Both the position numbers and the translations under genes were made by a program. A DNA stretch of 64,000 nucleotides from Verrucomicrobiales bacterium. Lineage in GTDB: Bacteria; Verrucomicrobiota; Verrucomicrobiia; Verrucomicrobiales; DEV007. The notes below the pieces were generated by a model, which saw only the letters and a list, made by a program, of their open reading frames with translations, did not search any database and had not been told where the DNA came from. The stretch lies in the NCBI GenBank assembly GCA_041917795.1, contig JAYRWX010000042.1, positions 44,981 through 108,980 of the forward strand, written 5' to 3'. Position 1 is the first letter of the stretch; every line of letters starts with the position of its first letter. Of the stretch, positions 47,813 through 57,748 are shown in pieces.

Positions 47813-49918
47813 ATGGCCATTTGGCGACTCATGCTGATTATGATTTTTCTGGCCGCCTTGGTGCTGGCCGGAGTGATCGGCACATCAGCCGCCTCCGTAT
47901 TCGTTTGGCCGGCTTACGCGCTTTTCGGGGCGGCGGGTTTGCTATCCGCGGTCCTGCTCTTCCGCGAATCGGGATTTCGGCTCCCCGCTTGGGGAACCAT
48001 CGCGGTGTTCGCCTTGGTGGGATACCTCCTCGTCCGTGCCGCCCAATCTCCGGTCATCTATTTTGCTCGCGAGGACGCGGCACTAGCGGTCGGAGGCTTC
48101 CTCGTCTACGGCCTGTTCCTGCGTCTTTTTGATTCAACGCTTTCCCGTCGCCGCCTCTTCGATCTGCTCGCCGTGCTGGTCGTCCTAAATTTCGTGTATG
48201 CGGTGCTGCAGGCCACCGCAGGCCCGACTCTTTGGGTGCTGCCGGGTTACGAGCGGACCTTTCCCGAGCGGGTCGGTGGGCTATTCAATCATCCCGATCA
48301 CTTTGCGGGATTCGTCGCGATCCTGACTCCGCTCTGGTTCGCCGTGGCTTGCTTCTCGCGCCGCTCGAAAACGCAGCGGATCGCGGCGACGCTTCTTGGC
48401 GTCCTGTCCGCCGTCGTGGTTCTCGGCACCGGCAGCGGTGGCGGCATCCTCGCTCTTTTCGCGGGATGCGGGGTCTTTCTCGTGATCCTCGTCGGTCTCG
48501 GCTACCGCAAGCTGTCTCCGTCGGGGAAACAGTTGTGCCGCCGCACTCTGCTGATCGCCTCGGGATTGTTCCTCCTCATCTCGGTGGTGGCGTACCGGCC
48601 GCTGACCCGATTCGCGGATCGCGCGATCCTCTCGAAGGCCGGCGACCTTTACCTCCCTTCGGTCTGGGAATCGGGATGGCGCCAATTCCTCAATGCCCCG
48701 GCGATGGGAACGGGCAGCCGATCCTCGATCATCTATGGCCGCCTCTACCGTGATGAATCGCTCGATGCCGCCGCCGCCGAACCGGAATTCATTCACAACG
48801 AGTACCTGCAGGCTCTCGCCGACTATGGGATCGCCGGCCTCGCCCTTTTGTTGCTCGTGATCCTCACCCACCTCACAACCGGTGGCCGTTTTGTCAGGGC
48901 CTACGCTGGCTTCGCCCCTCCCCCGGGTTCGCTGCTGCCGAAGTCGGACCATCTCGCCCATGCCATCGGTGCTCTCGGGGCCATGGCGGGACTGGCGGCA
49001 CTCTCCTCCATTGATTTTGTCATGCATCTCCCGGTGTTCGTGGTGGTTGCCGCGGTGATGCTCGGCGTTTTGGCCGCTCCCGATCCGATGGCGACGGCGC
49101 TCCGCGCCCCGGAAAAGTCCCTCCTGCTCCCCTCGGGCGGACTGCACTTCGCGAGCCGGGCCTTCGTGACCGGGTTCGGACTCGCGCTGGCCGTGTTGGG
49201 TTCGATTTTTTCGCGCAGCGAGTATCATTACGAACTGGCCCGTCTTGCCTTCGAGGCCGACCGGGGCGGCTACCAGCACCTCACCCATCTCAAGAAGGCC
49301 CGGGAGCTGGATCCGGTGAACCCCTTCGCCCTCACTTTGAGCGCACATGCCCAGGTGGCCGGAATCCAACCCGACATGCCCGACCCGGCCCGCAAGCAAG
49401 CGCTCGCCCAGGCGGACAACTATTTCGCGAGGGCCCGCGAACTGTATCCCGAGGATGTCTTCGCGGCGATCGGACATGCCGCGGTCCTCGAGGAACTCGG
49501 GCGCGGCAGCGATGCCCTGACCCGGCTCCGCGAGGCGATGAGTGTCGCCCCTCTCTATGGAAACCTGATGCTCGCCGAAGCGGAGCACCACCTGCGGAAC
49601 GGTGACATCGGACACGCCGAGCAGATGTTCCGCAAGGCGTCCAACGCCGGAGCCTTTCGCGACACCTCCGCGGCACAGCGCGGGCTGTTGACCGTGACCG
49701 AGTGGAAACTGATCGCGGAAAAGGAAGGCATCGACTGGAAACCTTCGCCGGACATCCTCGAAGCGGCTCCCGTGCTCGCGGGCCCTGGAGGGTACCGATC
49801 CATGCCCGAGGTCAAGGTCGAGGAGCGTGAGGTCGCCGGGAAGTCCGATCCCGCTGCGCCATCGTCGGTGCCCGCGAAGGCGGAGAAGGTCGAAGAGAAG
49901 GTTCCCGTCGCCCCCTGA
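47813..49918 (+). CDS. O-antigen ligase/Wzy_C-family polytopic membrane protein with C-terminal TPR-like domain
   Basis: It has about 10 or more TM segments. The Wzy_C block is FIHNEYLQALADYGIAGLALLLL. The C-terminal 220 aa are helical-repeat (TPR-like) and end in a Pro/Ala/Glu/Lys-rich tail. Confidence 0.75.
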   Translation: MAIWRLMLIMIFLAALVLAGVIGTSAASVFVWPAYALFGAAGLLSAVLLFRESGFRLPAWGTIAVFALVGYLLVRAAQSPVIYFAREDAALAVGGFLVYGLFLRLFDSTLSRRRLFDLLAVLVVLNFVYAVLQATAGPTLWVLPGYERTFPERVGGLFNHPDHFAGFVAILTPLWFAVACFSRRSKTQRIAATLLGVLSAVVVLGTGSGGGILALFAGCGVFLVILVGLGYRKLSPSGKQLCRRTLLIASGLFLLISVVAYRPLTRFADRAILSKAGDLYLPSVWESGWRQFLNAPAMGTGSRSSIIYGRLYRDESLDAAAAEPEFIHNEYLQALADYGIAGLALLLLVILTHLTTGGRFVRAYAGFAPPPGSLLPKSDHLAHAIGALGAMAGLAALSSIDFVMHLPVFVVVAAVMLGVLAAPDPMATALRAPEKSLLLPSGGLHFASRAFVTGFGLALAVLGSIFSRSEYHYELARLAFEADRGGYQHLTHLKKARELDPVNPFALTLSAHAQVAGIQPDMPDPARKQALAQADNYFARARELYPEDVFAAIGHAAVLEELGRGSDALTRLREAMSVAPLYGNLMLAEAEHHLRNGDIGHAEQMFRKASNAGAFRDTSAAQRGLLTVTEWKLIAEKEGIDWKPSPDILEAAPVLAGPGGYRSMPEVKVEEREVAGKSDPAAPSSVPAKAEKVEEKVPVAP

Positions 49919-49922
49919 GCCT

Positions 49923-50906
49923 TCACACGTCGCGCGAGGACAGAAGCAATTGTTCGCCCTCGCGCGGGGCGATCACCCGCTTGGTGAGATCGAGGGCGTT
50001 TACCGCCTGGAGCAGGCGCTGGAGAGGTTCATCGCGATGCTCGTTGCTGAGCGGGAATGTGGCATGGTGCATTGGCACCATGCGATGGGCTTTCAAATCA
50101 AAGAAGGCCCGTAGCGCCTCCTCGGGATTCATGTGCACCTCGCGGCCGCTGGGGCAGTCGTAGGCGCCGATGGGCAGCAGGGCGGTGTGAATGTCGTAGC
50201 GCTCGCCGATTTCGGTGAATCCGTCAAAGTAGGCCGAGTCGCCCGAGTGGTAGACGGTATGTTCCGGCAGCTTCAGCACGTAGCCGCCGAATTCCTTGTG
50301 GTTGTCGTGGATGTAGCGCGCGCCCCAGTGGTGGGCGGGGGTGAAGTGGATGTCCGCATCGCGGAAACGGTAGTGCTCCCAATCCGTCATCTCGACGATC
50401 TCCCGGAGCGGGAGCTTTTTCAGCACGCTGGCGACGCCACGTGGCACCACCACGGTCTGACTGCCGTTGGCGATCCGTTTCAGGGTCATCCGGCAAAGGT
50501 GGTCGAAATGGGCGTGGGTGATCAGGACGAGGTCGATCGGCGGCAGGTGCTCGATGTCGATGCCCGGATCGCGATGGCGTTTCACCGGTCCCATCCATTT
50601 CGCCCAGACCGGATCGATCAGCGCGTTGAACTGCGGCGTGCGCACCAAAAAGCTGGCGTGGCCGATCCAGACGACCTCGATTTCGTGGGGAGCCAGCCCG
50701 GGAAAGACCGGGGGAAGACCGTGCCCGTTGCGTTCGCGTCTCCGGACCATCGCCGGCAGCAGGCTGCCGCTCAGGTAGCGGTAATTGCGCATCGCCCACC
50801 CTTTTTGCGGGAGGATGCCGACCCGGCGACCGTCGCTCAGGAAACGGGGCTTCTGCCGATGATTCGCGGAGGGCGGGGTCGGCGCTGAAGGGTCGGGCTC
50901 GGCCAT
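49923..50906 (-). CDS. MBL-fold metallo-hydrolase (NAPE-PLD/Zn-dependent hydrolase type)
   Basis: VVWIGHASFLV...LIDPVW...DLVLITHAHFDHL...HSGDS. Confidence 0.8.
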   Translation of the reverse strand: MAEPDPSAPTPPSANHRQKPRFLSDGRRVGILPQKGWAMRNYRYLSGSLLPAMVRRRERNGHGLPPVFPGLAPHEIEVVWIGHASFLVRTPQFNALIDPVWAKWMGPVKRHRDPGIDIEHLPPIDLVLITHAHFDHLCRMTLKRIANGSQTVVVPRGVASVLKKLPLREIVEMTDWEHYRFRDADIHFTPAHHWGARYIHDNHKEFGGYVLKLPEHTVYHSGDSAYFDGFTEIGERYDIHTALLPIGAYDCPSGREVHMNPEEALRAFFDLKAHRMVPMHHATFPLSNEHRDEPLQRLLQAVNALDLTKRVIAPREGEQLLLSSRDV

Positions 50907-51046
50907 TTTCGGAAAAGACAGCTCTCTAGTGTAGCGAAGTCCCGGCCTTCGGGCAAGTGAAGCGCCGCCCGCGACCCCGGAAAACCGCTTTTCCCGGCTC
51001 CGATCCGTGGTTTGGTGTGCGCTTCGCCCGCGAGGGCCCTGCCTGA

Positions 51047-52036
51047 ATGGAACTCGAAGAACTGGAACGATGCACGCGGGAGAACCTGCCCGACTGGAAA
51101 GACGCCGACCTCGAAGCCATCGTCATCGAAAAGGGCGGCTCGGGTCGGCTTTTCGTGCGCTACCTCGAGCGGAGCGGCGGCCGCAGCCTGATCGCGATGC
51201 AGTACACCAACGAGCGGGCCGACAATCCCCGCTTCGCCGCGATCACCGACTTCCTGCTCCGGCACGACATCCCCGCCCCGGCGATCGCCGCGCGACGCGA
51301 GGACCTGGGATTGTTGTGGGTCGAGGATCTCGGCGAGATTGATCTTGGTTCACTCGCCGGCAGTGATTGGAAAAGCTCGCGGCTGCCGGCCTACGAGCTC
51401 GCCCTGCGCGCCGTCTTTCCGCTGCATTGTTTGAACGAGGCTGAAGCCCCCGCCGACCTGCCCGAACTCGAGCTCTGTTTCGACCGCAAGCTCTACGAGT
51501 GGGAGCAGAATTATTTCCTGACCCACTTCGTCGAGCGATACCATCCTGCCACAGTCGCCGCGCATTTGCGGGCTCACTCCGCGTTGCCCGCACTCGCCGA
51601 TGAACTCGGCGGGCTGCCCCGTGCCCTCGTCCATCGCGACTTTCAAAGCACCAACGTGATGCTGCGCGGTGGCAAGTGTTACCTGATCGATTACCAAGGG
51701 CTGCGCTGGGGCCTTCCCGAGTATGACCTTGCCTCGATGATCTACGATCCCTACAGCGCCTTTACCGCCGCGGAGACGGCTGATCTGATCGACTGCTACT
51801 TCACCCTGAAGCGCGAGGCCGGGCACGGCGAGTCGCGCGAATCCTTCGAACGCCGCCTCACCCAGTGCGCCATGCAGCGTCTGATGCAGGCGCTCGGAGC
51901 CTACGGATTCCTCGGTGAAGTGAAGGGCAAGCGCGAGTTCCTCACCCACATTCCGGTGGCGCGGCAGCGGCTCCTCGATCTCGCGATGAAAGAGGGCGGA
52001 CTCGGCGTGCTGGTGGAATGTTTGGCGGAAAGTTAG
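51047..52036 (+). CDS. aminoglycoside-phosphotransferase-fold kinase, AmgK-like (anomeric MurNAc/GlcNAc kinase candidate)
   Basis: The APH catalytic block is LVHRDFQSTNVMLRGGKCYLIDYQG, followed by EYDLASMIYDPY. It is 329 aa long. Confidence 0.6.
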   Translation: MELEELERCTRENLPDWKDADLEAIVIEKGGSGRLFVRYLERSGGRSLIAMQYTNERADNPRFAAITDFLLRHDIPAPAIAARREDLGLLWVEDLGEIDLGSLAGSDWKSSRLPAYELALRAVFPLHCLNEAEAPADLPELELCFDRKLYEWEQNYFLTHFVERYHPATVAAHLRAHSALPALADELGGLPRALVHRDFQSTNVMLRGGKCYLIDYQGLRWGLPEYDLASMIYDPYSAFTAAETADLIDCYFTLKREAGHGESRESFERRLTQCAMQRLMQALGAYGFLGEVKGKREFLTHIPVARQRLLDLAMKEGGLGVLVECLAES

Positions 52037-53940
52037 GCCGATTCCGCCTGGGCCAGCACTTCGAGAAAAGGCACCTCGGCGAGGCTGCCGAAGCGGTCGT
52101 CGCGGGTGAGCCGGGCCCTGGTCGTCGCCGGACTGGAAAGCCCGCAGAAGAATCGCGCGAGTTGGCGCGGCTGGCGCAGAGCAGGATGGTTCTCCTTGCG
52201 CGCCTCGCGCAGCATCGCGGCATCGTCGAGGGAGAGCGTGGCCCGTTTCGCCGCGGGCAGACGGCCGCCGGTTTCCCCGAGGCAACTGCCGCAGGAACCG
52301 CACGGCGCGATCGCTTCTCCGAAGTGAGCGATCAGGGCTTGCGGCAGGCAGGTGCTCGTCTCGCAATAATCCACGACGAGATGGAGCCGGTCGATCTCGG
52401 CGGCCTCGCGCGACTCGAAGCGATCGATGAGGCGGGTGCTGACCGCGGCCACCGATCCTGCCTCGGCCTCGCCGCGTCGGTAGACCTGGACGAGCCCATG
52501 CGGACGCATCACCGCATCGCCCTGGTCGGCGAGGTCGGAAAGCGCGTCGCGCACTTCCGCCTCGGCGGACTCAGCCGCGGCCGCGGCAGCCTCGTAGGTG
52601 ATCCGGTGCCAGAGTCGGCCCTTTTCAGCGCTTTCAAAGACGCGGTTCAGGAGTGTTTTCCGGCCCGGGGAAAATCCGGCAAGCGCCTCGGCGAGCGGTC
52701 GCAGCAGGCGCACTTCGCAGCCCTGGTAGCGCGATCCTAACGGAACCAGAATCCCGTCCCGCTCTAGGTAGGTCAGGGCGGTTTCGACCACGGTCTGGCG
52801 GATGTCGCGCGATTGTGAGAGTTCGTAGCGCGACACCGCGAAGGTCTCACCGCGCATCAGGACGTGCTCGACGAGCGACTTGAGCGCGCTCGCGGTGGGT
52901 GTGTCGCCGTAGACAAAGTTCTCCAGCACGGTGAGATCGTCGCCGCAGGCGAGGATGATGCACTCGGCGGGTCGGCCATCGCGGCCCGCCCGCCCGGACT
53001 CCTGCACGTAGTTCTCCAGCGATTTGGGCAGATTGTAGTGGATCACCCGTCGCACATCGGCTTTGTCCACGCCCATCCCGAAGGCGATCGTGGCGACGAC
53101 GACGGGCAATTCGCCGCGCATGAAGGACTCCTGCACCTCGCTGCGGTCTTCGTCGCGCATCCCCGCATGGTAGGCCCGGGCCCGGATGCCAGCTCGCTGC
53201 AAGACTCCCGCAACCCGCTCGGAACTCTCCTGGAGCGTCACGTAGACAATCGCAGCTCCCGGATTTTCACCTAACAATTCCACCAATTCCCGATCACGTT
53301 TGGCCGCCTCGCAGCGTTTCACCTGGAAGCGCAGGTTCGGTCGAAAGAACGGCGTCTGGACCTGATCTTCGTCGGCGATTCCGAAGCGGTGGCGAATGTC
53401 GGCGGCCACCTGCGGCGTCGCGGTGGCGGTGAGAGCGAGGACACGCTCGGCTTTCAACTGCCGGGCGAGGTCGGGCAGACGCAGGTAATCGGGGCGGAAG
53501 TTGTGACCCCATTCCGAGAGGCAGTGCGCCTCGTCCACGGCGAAGAGCGCGATCCGGAGCGACTCGAGGCGGCGGCGGAAGGCCTCGTTCGCGAGCCGCT
53601 CGGGCGAGACGAAAAGCAGGCGGACCGAACCCTCTTGCATGCCCGAGTGCACCCTCTTCACTTCCTCGGGTGAGAGGGTCGAGTCGAGTCTCTCGGCGGG
53701 CAGACCGGCGGCGCGCAGCGTTTCGACCTGATCCTTCATCAGGGCGATCAGCGGCGAGACCACGAGGGTCAGCCCGTCGAGCAGCAACGCGGGCAATTGA
53801 TAACAAAGGCTCTTGCCCGCGCCGGTCGGGAAGAGGGCCAAAACGGAGCGTCCCGAGAGGAGCCGGTCGATGACCGCTTCCTGCCCGGGACGGAATGCCG
53901 AATGACCGAAATGGGATTCGAGCTCCTGCCGGAGGTTCAT
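52033..53940 (-). CDS. recQ: RecQ-family ATP-dependent DNA helicase
   Basis: FRPGQEAVI, FPTGAGKSLCYQLPA, DEAHCLSEWGHNFRPDY, ATIAFGMGVDK and QESGRAGRDG. Confidence 0.9.
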   Translation of the reverse strand: MNLRQELESHFGHSAFRPGQEAVIDRLLSGRSVLALFPTGAGKSLCYQLPALLLDGLTLVVSPLIALMKDQVETLRAAGLPAERLDSTLSPEEVKRVHSGMQEGSVRLLFVSPERLANEAFRRRLESLRIALFAVDEAHCLSEWGHNFRPDYLRLPDLARQLKAERVLALTATATPQVAADIRHRFGIADEDQVQTPFFRPNLRFQVKRCEAAKRDRELVELLGENPGAAIVYVTLQESSERVAGVLQRAGIRARAYHAGMRDEDRSEVQESFMRGELPVVVATIAFGMGVDKADVRRVIHYNLPKSLENYVQESGRAGRDGRPAECIILACGDDLTVLENFVYGDTPTASALKSLVEHVLMRGETFAVSRYELSQSRDIRQTVVETALTYLERDGILVPLGSRYQGCEVRLLRPLAEALAGFSPGRKTLLNRVFESAEKGRLWHRITYEAAAAAAESAEAEVRDALSDLADQGDAVMRPHGLVQVYRRGEAEAGSVAAVSTRLIDRFESREAAEIDRLHLVVDYCETSTCLPQALIAHFGEAIAPCGSCGSCLGETGGRLPAAKRATLSLDDAAMLREARKENHPALRQPRQLARFFCGLSSPATTRARLTRDDRFGSLAEVPFLEVLAQAESA

Positions 53941-53947
53941 TCGCGGA

Positions 53948-54685
53948 TCAGCCCGCGTCGGCGAAGCGGGCCGAGGCCCGATCCCAGTTCACCACATTCC
54001 ACCAGGCAGAGATGTATTCGGGACGGCGGTTTTGATAGTGCAGGTAGTAGGCGTGTTCCCAGACGTCGAGACCGAGGATGGGTGTGCCGAGTTCGGCATC
54101 GGGGACGAGACCGGTCATGAGCGGGTTGTCCTGGTTCGGGGTGCTGGTCACGGCGAGCTTGCCGTCTTTTTTGATCAGCCAGGCCCAGCCGGATCCGAAG
54201 CGTTTTGTGGCGGCTTCGCCGAACAGCTTCTTGAAATCATCCATCGATCCGAAGGCGGCGTCGATGGCCTTGGCCAGATCGCCCGAGGGTTTGCCCGCCT
54301 TGTCGGCCGGGGCGAGGGTTTCCCAGAAGAAGGTGTGGTTCCAATGGCCGCCGCCGTTGTTGCGGACCGTGGTTTGGAGCGCCTTGTCCTCGATCTTGGG
54401 AAGGCTGGCGATGAGGTCCTCGATGGACATCGCGGCGAGGTCGGCCTTCCCTTCCAGCGCGGTGTTGACGTTCTTGATGTAGGCCGCGTGGTGTTTGCCG
54501 TGGTGGATCTCCATCGTCATGGCATCGATGTGCGGCGCGAGCGCGTCGTAGGCGTAGGGCAACGGAGCCTGCTCGAAGGGCGCGGCGCGGAGGATGCGTC
54601 CGGGCATGAGCGCGGCCCCGACGGCGAGGGCTCCGGTGACGGCGAATTGGCGGCGGGAGAGGTGGTTTTCGGGAGTCATGGGCAT
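53948..54685 (-). CDS. sodB: Fe/Mn superoxide dismutase with twin-arginine signal peptide
   Basis: [18 protein letters not shown] is a Tat motif. SOD signatures are [17 protein letters not shown] and DVWEHAYYL. The start is set at the ATG at 54683-54685. Confidence 0.9.
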   Translation of the reverse strand: MPMTPENHLSRRQFAVTGALAVGAALMPGRILRAAPFEQAPLPYAYDALAPHIDAMTMEIHHGKHHAAYIKNVNTALEGKADLAAMSIEDLIASLPKIEDKALQTTVRNNGGGHWNHTFFWETLAPADKAGKPSGDLAKAIDAAFGSMDDFKKLFGEAATKRFGSGWAWLIKKDGKLAVTSTPNQDNPLMTGLVPDAELGTPILGLDVWEHAYYLHYQNRRPEYISAWWNVVNWDRASARFADAG

Positions 54686-54815
54686 GGAAGGTTGGTTGGT
54701 TTTGCCAGGTGGACAGACCTGCGACAAACGCTGGCATGTTACGTTCGATTTCCCGGCACAGGAAAGCGAAATCGCGCTTTGGCAAAGCGGGCGGCTCTGG
54801 TCTAGGATCGGGCGA

Positions 54816-56894
54816 ATGTTCTGGCTGCGTTGGATCGTCTTTTCGGCGCCTCTCTGGTTGGGATTCGGCGGCGCCTGGTTGTTTGGCAGGGTCGCGGACT
54901 TCCAGTTGATGCGGGAGTCGGACGCGATCGTGCACGCGATCCACGAGCCGGTCGGTCCTCTCGCACCATTCGGCCCGGTCGATCCGGTGACCGACGAGAT
55001 CGCCGATCTGATCTTCGAACCCCTGCTGCGCCGCGACGAAAAGCTGCGGCTCCAGCCGAGCCTGCTGACCCGTTGGACCATCCGCACGGCGATCACGATC
55101 CGCTGCGAGAGCGAGGAGGCGGCGGGCGAAGCGGAGGCGCGCATCCGCGCGGGCGAGGCGCCGGCAAGAGGTCCGCGCCCCGTTGCGATCGAGCGGACCA
55201 GTGCCGCACTTTTTGTGGTCTACGACAGCGCCGCGGCGGATCTGGAGGAAATGCTGCTCTCGGCCCTACCCTCGGGTTTGCTCGGCGATCACCTCCTCAT
55301 CCGGGTGCGGGCGAGGCATTCGGCAGAGCGCTTGATTGATTCCTGGCTGGAAGGTTCGATCGAAAAGGCGGCAGTGGCGATGATCGAGGCGGTCGACGCC
55401 GGAGAAGTGCGGCTTTTTGTGACGGGCGATCCGGAGCGCTTGCTGAAGGAGCTGCGGCTCTTCCTCGAGGCGAACCCGGCGACCGATCCCCGGCTCGAGA
55501 TCGTCGGCAAACAATCGCACACGAGCGAGCGGGAACTGCTGCTCGATTTCCGCGATGGGGTGCGCTGGCACGATGGGACGGCTTTCACCGCGACGGATGT
55601 GGCTTTTTCTTGGAACGAGGCGATGCGGCCGGACTCGCCCCTGCCTCTGGCGCAGTCCTTCGATTACGTCGAATCGCTCGAGGTGATCTCGCCGCATCGG
55701 ATCCGGCTCCGTTGCCGTGACATCCCGGGATCGATGCTGGAGAGTTGGGAGCGTCTGCCTTTGCTGGCGGAACATCTTTGGCGCGGGCCGCTCGATGAGA
55801 ACCGGCGCGCGGAGCTGCTGCTGCGACCGGTGGGGCTGGGGCCCTACCGGCTCGAACGCCGGAGGAAGGATGGCGGTGTCGAACTGGTCGCGAACGAGGA
55901 TTCCTTCCGCGGGATTCCAGAGGAAAAGCGACTCCGCTGGCGGCAGTTCGCCTCGCTCGAGTCGACCCTTGATGCTTTGCGCGCGAAGGGGCTCGATGTG
56001 ATGGAGCCCGAGGAGCGTTTCCTCGAATGGGCCGCACGCAATCCGGGTGCGATGGAGGCCCTCCGTGATCGGCCGCGCTATCAGCAGGTGGTCATGTGGA
56101 ATCTCGACCGCGAGCCGCTCAAACGCGTCCAGGTGCGCCAGGCGCTGGCGCGGGCGGTCGATCTCGCGGCGATCCTGCGTGATACGGAGACCACCTTCGA
56201 GACGCCGGTGACCGGTCTCTTTCCGCCTGGGCTGCCTCTTGTCGCCGAGGAGATGCTCCTGCCTCTCCATGACCCCCGCGGGGCGGAGCGTCTGTTGGAA
56301 GGGGACGGTTTCCCGCTCGATCCGGCAAGCGGTTGGCACGTCGATGCGGAGGGCCGGTCGCTCGGTTTCGCGTTGGCGGTGGCGGAGGAGAACGGGGAGC
56401 ATCACCGTCTCGCCCAAGCCCTGGCGGAGCAATGGTCAGCGGTGGGGGTCGAGGTGCGCGTCGAACGTATGGCGTGGACCGAACTGGTTGCGCGATTGGC
56501 GCGGCGTGAGTTTGACGCGGCGATGGTGAGTTGGGAACTCTCTCCTTCGCGGGACCTGCGAGGGCTTTGGCATTCCAAGTCAGCCGAGCCCGGGGGAGGC
56601 AATCTCACCGGCCTGCGCGACGCGAAGGTGGACCGTCTCGTGGAATCTCTCCGCAATGAAAGTGATGCGGCCAAGCTGCCCGGGCTCGTCGCGGACCTGC
56701 AGAAGGCGATCGCCGCGACGCAGCCCTGCCTGTTTGTCTGCAACAGCGGCCGCATCGTGAATCTGCGGAAAGACGCGCTGGTCTTCGCACCGCCCGGCGT
56801 GGAGCCGGCCCCGATCCCGGTCGAGGCCGGCGGTCTCGAAGTCTCGCGTCCCTGGTGGCTGCGCCGGGCGACCCTGCCACCCGCCCAACCATGA
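54816..56894 (+). CDS. ABC substrate-binding protein, family 5 (Opp/Dpp-like), N-terminally membrane-anchored, with extra internal region
   Basis: The TM anchor is [23 protein letters not shown]. Family-5 blocks are [37 protein letters not shown] and GLGPYRL. The start is set at the ATG at 54816. Confidence 0.75.
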   Translation: MFWLRWIVFSAPLWLGFGGAWLFGRVADFQLMRESDAIVHAIHEPVGPLAPFGPVDPVTDEIADLIFEPLLRRDEKLRLQPSLLTRWTIRTAITIRCESEEAAGEAEARIRAGEAPARGPRPVAIERTSAALFVVYDSAAADLEEMLLSALPSGLLGDHLLIRVRARHSAERLIDSWLEGSIEKAAVAMIEAVDAGEVRLFVTGDPERLLKELRLFLEANPATDPRLEIVGKQSHTSERELLLDFRDGVRWHDGTAFTATDVAFSWNEAMRPDSPLPLAQSFDYVESLEVISPHRIRLRCRDIPGSMLESWERLPLLAEHLWRGPLDENRRAELLLRPVGLGPYRLERRRKDGGVELVANEDSFRGIPEEKRLRWRQFASLESTLDALRAKGLDVMEPEERFLEWAARNPGAMEALRDRPRYQQVVMWNLDREPLKRVQVRQALARAVDLAAILRDTETTFETPVTGLFPPGLPLVAEEMLLPLHDPRGAERLLEGDGFPLDPASGWHVDAEGRSLGFALAVAEENGEHHRLAQALAEQWSAVGVEVRVERMAWTELVARLARREFDAAMVSWELSPSRDLRGLWHSKSAEPGGGNLTGLRDAKVDRLVESLRNESDAAKLPGLVADLQKAIAATQPCLFVCNSGRIVNLRKDALVFAPPGVEPAPIPVEAGGLEVSRPWWLRRATLPPAQP

Positions 56895-57748
56895 TCGTCC
56901 ACCTCTTACAACGGGCGCTCGTGGCGCTGATCCGGGTGGCGGTGGCCGCCCTGCTGATCCTCGTTCTGATCGAGTTGGGCGGCGGAGTGTTCGGTCAGGC
57001 GGATCGCCATGTGTGGGAAATCGATCTTGGTGCGCCCGTGCCGGAGGAGTTGGCTCCTTCGTCGCTTCCCTGGTCGGATTTGCTCGCGGCGCGGGTGGCG
57101 GCTTCAGCCAGGGTGATGCTGCTGGCTTCCGGTGCGGCGATCCTGACCGGTCTGAGCTGGGGGCTGCTGGGTGCGCGCTGGCGCCGCTTCGGCGGGGCCC
57201 GGTTGCTCGCGTCGCCCTTTGCTGCTTTCGCCTGTGTGCCGGGGTTCTGGTGGGTGATCGCGGTGGCGGTCTATTCCTATTTCCACTGGGGACGGCCCGG
57301 CTTCGCGAACGATCTCGTCGTCGAGGAGGGGCCCGATCTGCTGACCTGGTGGCATGCCGTGGTGCTCGCCCTGCCGGTGTTCGCGGTGGGCGCGGCCTGG
57401 CAGATCCGCGTGGTCGCGACGGTGATCGAGGGCGAAGCGGCGCGGCCCTGGGTGCGGACCTGGTTCGTGGAAGGTCGCAACGACGAGGAGATTTTTTATG
57501 GGCATTTGTTAGGGCAATCCTGGCGGACGGCCCTGGCGAAAACCGCGTCGGTGTGGCCGGCGATGCTGGGATCGCTGGTGGTGCTGGAGGCAGCCTTCCG
57601 TTTCGACGGGGTTGGTTCGCTGCTGGTGGAGTCGGTCCGTTTGTCCAGTCATCCGGGCATGATCCTCGCGGCCCTGACCCTGACCGTGGCCGCCGCGGTC
57701 GGCGCTTTTTTTGCCGAGGCGGTTACGCCACCCCTGGAATCACGATGA
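56891..57748 (+). CDS. ABC permease (DppB/OppB-like, divergent)
   Basis: [18 protein letters not shown] is a DppB-like N-terminus. It has multiple TM segments and a degenerate EAA-loop region, PWVRTWFVEGRNDEEIFYGHLL. An ATGA overlap links it to the previous gene. Confidence 0.7.
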   Translation: MIVHLLQRALVALIRVAVAALLILVLIELGGGVFGQADRHVWEIDLGAPVPEELAPSSLPWSDLLAARVAASARVMLLASGAAILTGLSWGLLGARWRRFGGARLLASPFAAFACVPGFWWVIAVAVYSYFHWGRPGFANDLVVEEGPDLLTWWHAVVLALPVFAVGAAWQIRVVATVIEGEAARPWVRTWFVEGRNDEEIFYGHLLGQSWRTALAKTASVWPAMLGSLVVLEAAFRFDGVGSLLVESVRLSSHPGMILAALTLTVAAAVGAFFAEAVTPPLESR

